Notes under the pieces: model-generated
Seen by the model: only the letters and a program-made list of their open reading frames with translations
The model's database searches: none
Told to the model about the DNA's origin: nothing
Program-made: the position numbers and the translations under genes
Assembly (NCBI GenBank): GCA_035463515.1
Contig: DATHTG010000463.1
Location: 1-28,593 of the forward strand
Origin: Candidatus Limnocylindrales bacterium
Lineage (GTDB): Bacteria > Chloroflexota > Limnocylindria > Limnocylindrales > CSP1-4
Length of the DNA stretch: 28,593 nucleotides
Direction: 5' to 3'
In this document: in pieces, positions 9,027 to 16,369 of the stretch
How the letters are laid out: the number at the start of each line of letters is the position of its first letter
How positions within the stretch are numbered: position 1 is the stretch's first letter

Positions 9027-9533
9027 TCAGCGTGAGATGCCGAGCCCGCCTTGCGTCTGGGCGCCGTATCGTTCCTTCTCGCCGTCGAGGTCGAGGCGTC
9101 GGATCCGCTTGCGGGCGTCTAACGCCGCATCGTCGAGCAGATCCTTCGGGACGATCCAGGCCACTTCGAACTCGAGGCCGTCCGGATCGCGCGCGTACAG
9201 GCTCTTCGTCGATCCGTGGTCGCTCGTTCCCGTGAGCGCATCGTTCGCAGCGAGGATCGCCGCGAGCCGTTCCAGCTCGGCCAGCGTGTCGACCTCCCAC
9301 GCGAGGTGGTAGAGGCCCACGGCCGCGCGGCCGGCCTGCGACGGGCCGGCGCCGGCGCCGACCTCGAACAGGCCCAGGTCGTGGTCGTTCTCCGAGCCGG
9401 GCGCCTGAAGGAACCTGGCGCCAGAGAACCCGTCGGGGGTCATCGGGATGACCCGGAACCCGAGAACGTCGGTGTAGAACCGCACGCTCCGCTCTAGGTC
9501 TCGGACGTAGAGGACCGCGTGGTTCAGTCGCAT
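9027..9533 (-). CDS. VOC/glyoxalase superfamily protein (CatE-like)
   Basis: MRLNHAVLYVRDLERSVRFYTDVLGF, HDLGLF, GLYHLAWEV, DHGSTKSLYARDPDGLEFEV. Start is 9533 or 9542. Confidence 0.9.
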   Translation of the reverse strand: MRLNHAVLYVRDLERSVRFYTDVLGFRVIPMTPDGFSGARFLQAPGSENDHDLGLFEVGAGAGPSQAGRAAVGLYHLAWEVDTLAELERLAAILAANDALTGTSDHGSTKSLYARDPDGLEFEVAWIVPKDLLDDAALDARKRIRRLDLDGEKERYGAQTQGGLGISR

Positions 9534-9612
9534 GATCGGCATACGTCGAGGTTACGGCGCCGCTTCGGCTGCGGCCTCTCCGGACGGGCCGATGACGCGT
9601 CGTTCCAAGCGA

Positions 9613-9637
9613 CCTCCGAACGACCGCGGTTCGGAGG
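9613..9637. terminator. Perfect 9-bp hairpin CCTCCGAAC-N7-GTTCGGAGG, possible intrinsic terminator after the ADH operon
   Basis: Inverted repeat seen directly; no U-tract, so the function is inferred. Confidence 0.35.
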
Positions 9638-9722
9638 CATCTCGGATCGACACCAGCCGCCGCCACATCGGAGCTGCGGGCCGTTCGGTGATGAGCGTAT
9701 GCGCGAAGGCGATCCTGGCGCG

Positions 9723-9911
9723 TCAGGCTCCTGGGCGCGTGCTGCTCGCTCCCGCGGACGGATGATCCCCTTCCGGCTCTTCGTCGACCAGCAGGGCCGG
9801 CGGATCGCTCGCCGGAAAGGACAGGCGCCCCGCCTCGTCGAGGAGCGCATCCATCCGACTCCGTTCGTGTTCTTCCGCGCGGCGACGGGTCGACTCGTCC
9901 TGCGGAGTCAT
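9723..9911 (-). CDS. Small acidic protein (62 aa) with SFPASDPP motif
   Basis: MTPQDESTRRRAEEHERSRMDALLDEAGRLSFPASDPPALLVDEEPEGDHPSAGASSTRPGA; ATG overlaps the ADH stop (ATGA, 9911-9908). Confidence 0.7.
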   Translation of the reverse strand: MTPQDESTRRRAEEHERSRMDALLDEAGRLSFPASDPPALLVDEEPEGDHPSAGASSTRPGA

Positions 9912-10954
9912 CGGTGTGGGACGACCACAGCGCGTGAGTCGAGCTCGCCGTCGCGGAGGCGACGGTACGCATCGAGCGCCTCGCTCATCGAGAAGCGCTC
10001 GATATCCGGAGCGATCATCCCTTGACGGTAGAGGTCCACGACCTCGTGAAGGTCCTCGATCGTGCCCCAGTAGCTGTTGCTGAGCGTCGCTTCGTACGGA
10101 TTGCGGAAGAACGACCACTCTGCGGTGCCGTCGGCGATGCCGACCACCTGGATCGCCCCGCCGACCGCCACGGTCGCCTGCGCGAGGGCGATCGTCGGGC
10201 TCGCGCCGACGAAGTCGAACGCCGCGTCGACACCCCGCCCGCGCGTCAGCTCGCGGATCGCCTCGACCTGGCCCGTCCCGCCCTCGACCGTCAGTGCGCC
10301 GAAGTCGCGGGCTCGCGCCATCGCATCGGGCTTCATGTCCGTGGCGATCACCTGAGCGCCCGTGATGGCCCTGAGGATCTGCACCGCCACGAGGCCGAGT
10401 CCGCCCAGGCCGATCACGAGGACGTGCTTCCCTCCTCCGGCGAGGCGAGGGAGGGCGAGCTTGATCGCGTGGTACGAGGTCAGCCCGGCGTCAGCGAGCG
10501 GTGCGGCGGCGATGGGGTCAGCATCATGCAACGGGACGAGGTTCCGGACGGGCGCGGTCATGTACTCGGCCATCCCGCCGTTCCGTCCGAGCCCGGTTCC
10601 GAGGTAGCCGACGTCGCCAGGGTTCTCGCAATAGGTGTCCTGGCCGCGCGAGCACGCCCTACACCGGCCGCACCCGATCGGTCCGTAGACGAGGTAGGCC
10701 GCTCCTGGTTCGAGCCCGCGGACGCCCGAGCCGAGCGCTTCGATCCATCCGGCGGTCTCGTGCCCGAGAACGAACGGCGGCGTCATCAGACCGTCGTTCG
10801 GATCGGACTCGAATCCGTCAAAGATCGCGACGTCCGAGTGGCACGCGCCCGCCCCGGCCACCTTCAGGAGAACCTCGCCGTGGCCGGGATCAGGGACATC
10901 GATGTCCTCCATCGTCGGGAACGTCTTGAACGCGCTGAACATGACCGCTCGCAT
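9908..10954 (-). CDS. Zn-dependent NAD(P) alcohol dehydrogenase (MDR family)
   Basis: GACHSD, GHE, structural Zn motif CGRCRACSRGQDTYC, DAGLTSYHA, Rossmann GLGGLG; GAAGGGG RBS. Confidence 0.95.
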   Translation of the reverse strand: MRAVMFSAFKTFPTMEDIDVPDPGHGEVLLKVAGAGACHSDVAIFDGFESDPNDGLMTPPFVLGHETAGWIEALGSGVRGLEPGAAYLVYGPIGCGRCRACSRGQDTYCENPGDVGYLGTGLGRNGGMAEYMTAPVRNLVPLHDADPIAAAPLADAGLTSYHAIKLALPRLAGGGKHVLVIGLGGLGLVAVQILRAITGAQVIATDMKPDAMARARDFGALTVEGGTGQVEAIRELTRGRGVDAAFDFVGASPTIALAQATVAVGGAIQVVGIADGTAEWSFFRNPYEATLSNSYWGTIEDLHEVVDLYRQGMIAPDIERFSMSEALDAYRRLRDGELDSRAVVVPHR

Positions 10955-11349
10955 CGCATCCCCTTCGGTCCGGCTTCGAGGATCAGCGTTCCGCCGCCTG
11001 CGTGACGCTCGAAGGTGGTGCAGCCTGGAGCTACGTACGCTCGGAGTACCCGTCGACGACTCGAGATACGCGCTCAGGACATGACCTGGGCAACGCCGCT
11101 ACGGGCCCTCCGCTTCCTGCTCGGTCGAAGCCCCGTGAGGACGCCGCCGCATAAGCAGAGACGACACGGCTCAGTCTGGCGAAGCTCACAGAGGTCGCCG
11201 CCATCGAGACGCGGGTGAGATCGGCGTCCGCTTGTGATCCTGCGTGGGTGCTGGCCTGCGGCAGGCGAGCGACCACGGTCATACCAGCCGTTCGCCCGTC
11301 TCGGGGCGGAACCCCCTTCCACGCCGCGGGTGCCAGCGCAGCGCGGCAG

Positions 11350-12051
11350 TCACGTATCGAGCATCGGGAAGTCGTCGGCAAGCGTCGCCAGCACGTGATC
11401 CGCGCCGGCGGCTCGGAGGTCATCGATCGAATACCGCCCGCTCGCCACCCCCACAGCTACGGCTCCCGCCGACCTCGCCGCATTTACGTCGAGCGGCGTG
11501 TCGCCGACGACGAGAACGGACGTCAGATCGAAGGGGCTGCCGTGAAGCGCGGAGGCCCGATCGATCGCCATCTTCGTAAGCCGGAAACGATCCGGCGAAT
11601 CGCTCCCGTATCCCCCGAACAAGAAGAATCGATTGAGATCGGCGCGACCGAGCTTGACGCGAGCCGCTCCCTCCATCGCGCCGGACACGATGCCGAGCGT
11701 CGCGCCCGCGTCCGAGAGACGAACTAGCAGGTCCGTCGCCCCGTCGAGGATGCGGTAGTCGGCGGACGTGGCCACCTCGTCGGACAGCCGCCGGAGGTAG
11801 AGCGCCAAGATCGCGTCGAGCTCCTCATGCGTTGGCTCTCGACCGAGCGTCCCTTCGAACGTCTTGCGCGCAACTACGGTGTCGGTCTCGCCGGCGTCCG
11901 AGTGCGAGCCGATGTCAGCCGGGATGCCGTGGAGCCGGTCGAAGGCGAATCGCCAGCTGCGGGCGCCCGCTCCACCGCTCGAGATGAGCGTTCCATCGAC
12001 GTCGAACAGGACCAGCTTCAGCCTCGCGCTCGAGATGTTCGTCGTTGCCAT
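11350..12051 (-). CDS. HAD-superfamily hydrolase (phosphoglycolate phosphatase-like)
   Basis: LVLFDVDGTL (motif I, DxD), GIVSG, GGYGSD, VVGDTPLDV (motif IV). Start moved to ATG 12051. Confidence 0.88.
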   Translation of the reverse strand: MATTNISSARLKLVLFDVDGTLISSGGAGARSWRFAFDRLHGIPADIGSHSDAGETDTVVARKTFEGTLGREPTHEELDAILALYLRRLSDEVATSADYRILDGATDLLVRLSDAGATLGIVSGAMEGAARVKLGRADLNRFFLFGGYGSDSPDRFRLTKMAIDRASALHGSPFDLTSVLVVGDTPLDVNAARSAGAVAVGVASGRYSIDDLRAAGADHVLATLADDFPMLDT

Positions 12052-12166
12052 CCGACGCGGTCCGTCGATCGGGGTCCGGCGCTTCATCGAGTGCCTATGC
12101 GATGTCCGCTGCATGATGCGGACAGCGCTCCGTGATGAGCCGACACACGGTGGAAGGCGGCCATGC

Positions 12167-13414
12167 TTAGGCTGCGATGCCGGTCCGCGGCGGCGCGAGA
12201 GCATCGATCCGGACGTCCTCGTCGCGGAGCAAGGTGCGTGGAACGAGCGCTCGCGCCGCGATCAGCCGCTTGGCTTGTTTCAGGTCGCCCGATCGCCCGA
12301 TCGCAGCCGCGGCGACCACCCGCTCCTCCTGGGTGTAGATCGCCACGAAGTCGCTCCCCTCGACATCGCCGCGGATCGCGACGTCGTCCCACGGTTCGTG
12401 GAGCCCGTAGTACTGGAGCTCCCGCCCGTACTGCTCGGACCAGAAGAAGTGGACCGGGTCGTAGGCGTCCCCGGCCCCGACGATCGCTCGTGCGACCGCG
12501 GCCCCCTGCTTGACCGCGTTGTTCCAGTGCTCGACGCGGAGATGGCGGCGCGCCGTGGGATGCCAGTGTCGCGCGACGTCACCTGCGGCGAATATCCCGG
12601 CGACCGACGTGCGGCCGAACGCGTCCACGACGATGCCGTCGTCGACGCGGATCGGCGTGTCGAGCACCAGAGAGACGTTCGGCTGCATCCCGAGGCCGAC
12701 GATCACGACGTCTGCTTCGAGGGTTCGACCGCGTGACGTCACGACCCGCTCGACTCGGTCTGCGCCGTCGAACCGGGCAACGGTGTCACCGAGCACGAGT
12801 CGTACGCCGTGATCACGGTGCATCCGTTCCACGACTCGGCCGATCTGCGGGCCGACCGCTCCGGCGAGCGGCGTCGACGCCCCGTCGATCGCTGTTACCT
12901 CGACGCCTATCTGCCGCAGGCTCGCCGTGACCTCGGAACCGATGAACCCCATGCCTACGACGACGACGCGACGCGCCGAGAAGACGTCGTTCCGGATCTG
13001 CGTCGCGTCGTCGACCGTGCGGAGCGTGTGGACACCCCGCAGATCGATGCCGGGGATCGGCGGTCGTCGGGGCGTTCCGCCCGTCGCGACGACGAGCGTG
13101 TCGAACGGCAGCCGTTCACCGGTCGCGAGGTCGATCCGGCGGACCGACGCGTCGACGCGCTCGGCCCGGACACCGAACCGTCGATCGATGTCGGCGTCCG
13201 CGTAGAACCGCTCCTCATGGACGTGCGCCGCCTCGATCGGTTCCTCGCCCCGGAGGAACCCCTTGGACAGCGTTGGGCGTTCGTACGGAGGGTGCGGTTC
13301 TTCCCCGACCAACGTGATGCGGCCCTCGAAGCTTTCATCGCGAAGCGTGCCCGCCACGGTCGCCCCGGCGAGGCTCGCACCGACGATCACGACCCTCTCG
13401 CGTGTGCTCGTCAC
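12167..13414 (-). CDS. FAD-dependent NAD(P)H:ferredoxin reductase (HcaD/putidaredoxin-reductase-like)
   Basis: IVGASLAG, PYERPTLSK, VVATGGTPR, VVVGMGFIGSE, TSVAGIFAAGD, RVEHWNNA, FFWSEQY; ATG overlaps the upstream stop. Confidence 0.92.
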   Translation of the reverse strand: MTSTRERVVIVGASLAGATVAGTLRDESFEGRITLVGEEPHPPYERPTLSKGFLRGEEPIEAAHVHEERFYADADIDRRFGVRAERVDASVRRIDLATGERLPFDTLVVATGGTPRRPPIPGIDLRGVHTLRTVDDATQIRNDVFSARRVVVVGMGFIGSEVTASLRQIGVEVTAIDGASTPLAGAVGPQIGRVVERMHRDHGVRLVLGDTVARFDGADRVERVVTSRGRTLEADVVIVGLGMQPNVSLVLDTPIRVDDGIVVDAFGRTSVAGIFAAGDVARHWHPTARRHLRVEHWNNAVKQGAAVARAIVGAGDAYDPVHFFWSEQYGRELQYYGLHEPWDDVAIRGDVEGSDFVAIYTQEERVVAAAAIGRSGDLKQAKRLIAARALVPRTLLRDEDVRIDALAPPRTGIAA

Positions 13415-14283
13415 ATCGATCCCTTCTTCCTTGATCGTGTCGAGGCGTCGAAACCCGACGCCGTTCGGTACCGGAGGAACAGCGCGGATCCGTGTCGGCG
13501 GATCGAGCGCAACGTCACCGAGGGGAACGCCCCGGGTCGGAACGCGACACCGTCGACGAGGCCTGGACGGCGGTCGGCCGATGAACGCCCGGCGATGAGC
13601 GGTGACACGGTCACGAATAGCTCATCGACCGAACCCGTGCCGACGAGACCGCCGAGCAGCCTCGGACCGCCTTCCGTGAGGATGCTCCGATGGCCGTCCG
13701 ATCGAACGGATGCGAGCGCGCTCGTCACGTCGAGCCGGTGGCCGTCCGTGCCCACGACGCGGACGTCGGCATCCGCGGAAACGTCGTCTCGGAGGCGATC
13801 GGCGCCGCGTTCTGAGGTGACCACGATCGATCCCGGCAACGCCGGATGCGGCGGCAGATCGCCGGTCGTCGTCAGGACGACGAGCTGCGGTCGGCTCGGC
13901 GAACCGCGGTTCACGGCCACCTCCGCGTAATCGGCCGCGCCGGCGAACGCCGCTTCGGCGGTCCACGACGTGCCTGGATGCGCCCGAAGCGTCCCGGCGC
14001 CGATCACGATCGCGTCGGCGTGCGACCGAAGAAGACCCATCACGAACCGATCACCCGGGTCTCCGGCGCTGATGTCGCGGGACGACCGCTCGCGGCTGCG
14101 GTCGGCCGCGACACCGTCGAGCGTCGACACCATGTTGGCGTAGACGACGGATCGGCCGAGCCCGAGACCACCGCCGTACGCCGCCGCGAGCGCAGGAGGG
14201 AGCGCGGCGGCCGCCACGTCATCCGCCACGTCGTCATACATCACGTCGAGACGCGGCAGGTCGGCCGGCGTGGAAGGACTCAC
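13411..14283 (-). CDS. RibD C-terminal/DHFR-fold reductase
   Basis: YANMVSTLDG, DRFVMGLLRSHADAIVIGAGTLR, ILTEGGPRLLG, DELFVTVSPLIAG. GTG 14283 overlaps the folE stop (GTGA). Confidence 0.85.
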   Translation of the reverse strand: MSPSTPADLPRLDVMYDDVADDVAAAALPPALAAAYGGGLGLGRSVVYANMVSTLDGVAADRSRERSSRDISAGDPGDRFVMGLLRSHADAIVIGAGTLRAHPGTSWTAEAAFAGAADYAEVAVNRGSPSRPQLVVLTTTGDLPPHPALPGSIVVTSERGADRLRDDVSADADVRVVGTDGHRLDVTSALASVRSDGHRSILTEGGPRLLGGLVGTGSVDELFVTVSPLIAGRSSADRRPGLVDGVAFRPGAFPSVTLRSIRRHGSALFLRYRTASGFDASTRSRKKGSM

Positions 14284-14957
14284 AGGCTGCGCTCCCGCGT
14301 CGCAGCCTGCAGGAACTCCCGGCGCATCTCCGGATCGCTCTCGTACGTTCCGCGCCAGAAGGTCGTCCACGTCCTCGAGCCCTCCTCACGAACGCCGCGC
14401 ATCTGGGTGCACAGGTGCACCGCCTCCACGTGCACCGCGACGCCGTGCGGTGCCAAGATCCGCACCAGCGCGTCGGCGATCTCCTGACCGATGCGCTCCT
14501 GCACGGTGAAGCGTCGGGTATACACGCGGACGAGCCGCGTCAGCTTCGAGATGCCGATGATGTGCTCGTGCGCCACGTAGCCGACGTGCGCCGTGCCGGT
14601 GAACGGCAACGCGTGGTGCTCGCACAGCGCCCAGAACGAGATCGGTCCCTCGATCACCTGGCTGATCCGGCAGTCGCTCCCGCCGTGGCATTCCGTGGGG
14701 AACGCCGTGACCGCCTTCGGATCGCCGTCGTAGCCGCCGGTCACGTCGAACATCGCCTGCAGGAAGCGCTTCGGTGTGTCGACGGTCCCCGGCGTGTCCA
14801 ACGGCATGCCGAGCGCGCGGAAGATCTCGGTGAGGTTCTCCTCGAACCGGCGGCGGTCGTCGTCGCCGATCGCGCGAGGGGCTCCGCGGACGCCGCTGAT
14901 GATGTCCTCGAAAGCGGTTCTCGCTCCGACGTCCGGGTGAGGTTCCGTCTCAATCAT
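14280..14957 (-). CDS. folE: GTP cyclohydrolase I
   Basis: DTPKRF, LCEHH, GISKLTRLV..YTRRFTVQER, HLCTQMRGV; the Zn ligands Cys/His/Cys are present. Confidence 0.92.
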   Translation of the reverse strand: MIETEPHPDVGARTAFEDIISGVRGAPRAIGDDDRRRFEENLTEIFRALGMPLDTPGTVDTPKRFLQAMFDVTGGYDGDPKAVTAFPTECHGGSDCRISQVIEGPISFWALCEHHALPFTGTAHVGYVAHEHIIGISKLTRLVRVYTRRFTVQERIGQEIADALVRILAPHGVAVHVEAVHLCTQMRGVREEGSRTWTTFWRGTYESDPEMRREFLQAATRERSL

Positions 14958-14991
14958 CGTTCAGCTCCTCTGAGGGGTTCGGCGCGTGGCG

Positions 14992-15435
14992 TCAGCGGCG
15001 GGTCGTGCGCCGTGCGTGCGCGGATGCCGCCAGCCGCGCGAGGGCGACGGCAGCGAGCAGTAGTCCGAAGTCACGCAGCGCGATGTCGTAGTAGCGCGGC
15101 GGGTCGATCGACAGCAGGTTCACGACGATCCCGCCGAGCCACGCCGCGACGAGCCAGCCGCCGAACCTCGGTGCGATCGCGACCACGACGCCGGCGACGA
15201 TCTCGACGACGCCGACGGCGTACATGAACTCCTGCGCTGTGCCAGGGACGAGCCCGTCGAGCCACGGGGCGAGGTACGTCGGCCACTCGACCATCACGTC
15301 GAAGAACTTGTCGAGGCCGAACAGGATCGGTGCGATCGTGAATCCCAACCGGAGGATGCGGAACGCCTGCTTCGCCGTCGCGTCCGTCGCTCCCCGAACC
15401 GCCACGGGTCCTGCCGCCTCCAGCGTCCGTGCCAT
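14992..15435 (-). CDS. DoxX-like membrane protein
   Basis: AFRILRLGFTIAPILFGLDKFF, YAVGVVEIVAG, WLGGIVVNLL, YYDIALRDFGL; about 4 TM segments; GGAGGAGG RBS. Confidence 0.75.
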   Translation of the reverse strand: MARTLEAAGPVAVRGATDATAKQAFRILRLGFTIAPILFGLDKFFDVMVEWPTYLAPWLDGLVPGTAQEFMYAVGVVEIVAGVVVAIAPRFGGWLVAAWLGGIVVNLLSIDPPRYYDIALRDFGLLLAAVALARLAASAHARRTTRR

Positions 15436-15449
15436 ACCGCTCCCTCCTC

Positions 15450-15475
15450 CTAACGCCCATCCTGATGGGTGTTAG
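15450..15475. promoter_or_regulatory. Palindromic operator candidate, copy 1: CTAACGCCCATC-CT-GATGGGTGTTAG
   Basis: 11 of 12 positions symmetric; directly upstream of the DoxX RBS in the divergent region. Confidence 0.7.
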
Positions 15476-15515
15476 AAGATGGTCTACACATCGCTGGCGC
15501 CATCTGTCAAGCGTG

Positions 15516-15541
15516 ATTTCGCCCATTGCGATAGCCGTTAG
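15516..15541. promoter_or_regulatory. Operator candidate, degenerate copy 2: ATTTCGCCCATT-GC-GATAGCCGTTAG
   Basis: Same 12-2-12 geometry; matches the symmetric consensus CTAACGCCCATC/GATGGGCGTTAG at 8/12 and 10/12 positions. Confidence 0.5.
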
Positions 15542-15600
15542 GAAGCAACGCCCAGGTCACCGCGGCTTTCACTAATGGACGTTGGTGATATCGTTTCGCC

Positions 15601-16338
15601 ATGGAAAACCTGAAGGACGCCGCCGGTGCCGTCGGCGCGCTCGAGGACGACCTTCGCCGGGAGATGTACCTGCATGTCCGGCGAGCCCGGACGCCGGTCT
15701 CGCGCGAAGAGATCGCCGACGCGCTCGGTATCTCTCGGAAGCTCGCTGCGTTCCATCTCGACAAGCTCGTCGAGCGCGGGCTCCTCTCCGCGACCTACGC
15801 GCGGCCGCCGGGCCGTGGGGGCCGGGGCGCCGGTCGGAGCGCGAAGTACTACGCGCCGTCGAGCCGCGAGGTCGACGTCACGATCCCCGAACGGCACTAC
15901 GACCTCATGGGCACGATCCTGGTGCGAGCGATCGACGACCAGCAGCCGGGCGAGGCGACGGCCGCCACGGCGAAGCGCGTCGCTCGCGCGATCGGCGAAG
16001 ACATGGGCCGGCGCGAGCGGGAACGTCGTCGCCTGCCGCGGCCGGGGGCCGAGCGCGCGATGTCGGTCGCGTCCGAGGTGCTGTCGTCGTGCGGGTACGA
16101 GGCCTACCGGGACGATGGAACGGTGCGCCTCCGCAACTGCCCCTTCCACGCGCTCGCGCAACAGAGCCGCGACCTGGTGTGCGGGCTCAACCGGGAGCTC
16201 GTCCAGGGTGTCGTGTCGGGTCTAGGCAACGACACGCTCGACGTCGCGCTCGCCCCGCTCCCCGACGGATGCTGCGTGCAACTCCGCCCACCGAACCGGA
16301 AAGCGCCGGAAGATGAGGACGAGCGCGCCGAGCGCTGA
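15601..16338 (+). CDS. ArsR/SufR-like HTH transcriptional regulator with C-terminal Cys cluster
   Basis: N-terminal wHTH (VSREEIADALGISRKLAAFHLDKLVERGLL, GRSAKYY); C-terminal RNCPFH..LVCGLN..CC. Confidence 0.88.
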   Translation: MENLKDAAGAVGALEDDLRREMYLHVRRARTPVSREEIADALGISRKLAAFHLDKLVERGLLSATYARPPGRGGRGAGRSAKYYAPSSREVDVTIPERHYDLMGTILVRAIDDQQPGEATAATAKRVARAIGEDMGRRERERRRLPRPGAERAMSVASEVLSSCGYEAYRDDGTVRLRNCPFHALAQQSRDLVCGLNRELVQGVVSGLGNDTLDVALAPLPDGCCVQLRPPNRKAPEDEDERAER

Positions 16339-16369
16339 ACGGAGCGAGCGATCGCCGGTCAAGCCCGCG

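Noticed and set aside
10955-11349. About 400-nt gap upstream of the ADH, examined for a riboswitch or small ORF
   Set aside because: No convincing match to TPP, cobalamin, SAM or guanidine riboswitch cores, and the ORFs lack coding character. An Rfam/Infernal scan would be decisive.
8481-15435. Possible DoxX-rhodanese partnership analogous to the M. tuberculosis DoxX/SseA/SodA complex
   Set aside because: The genes are 6 kb apart in different operons, there is no SOD in the window, and both proteins look like different subfamilies.
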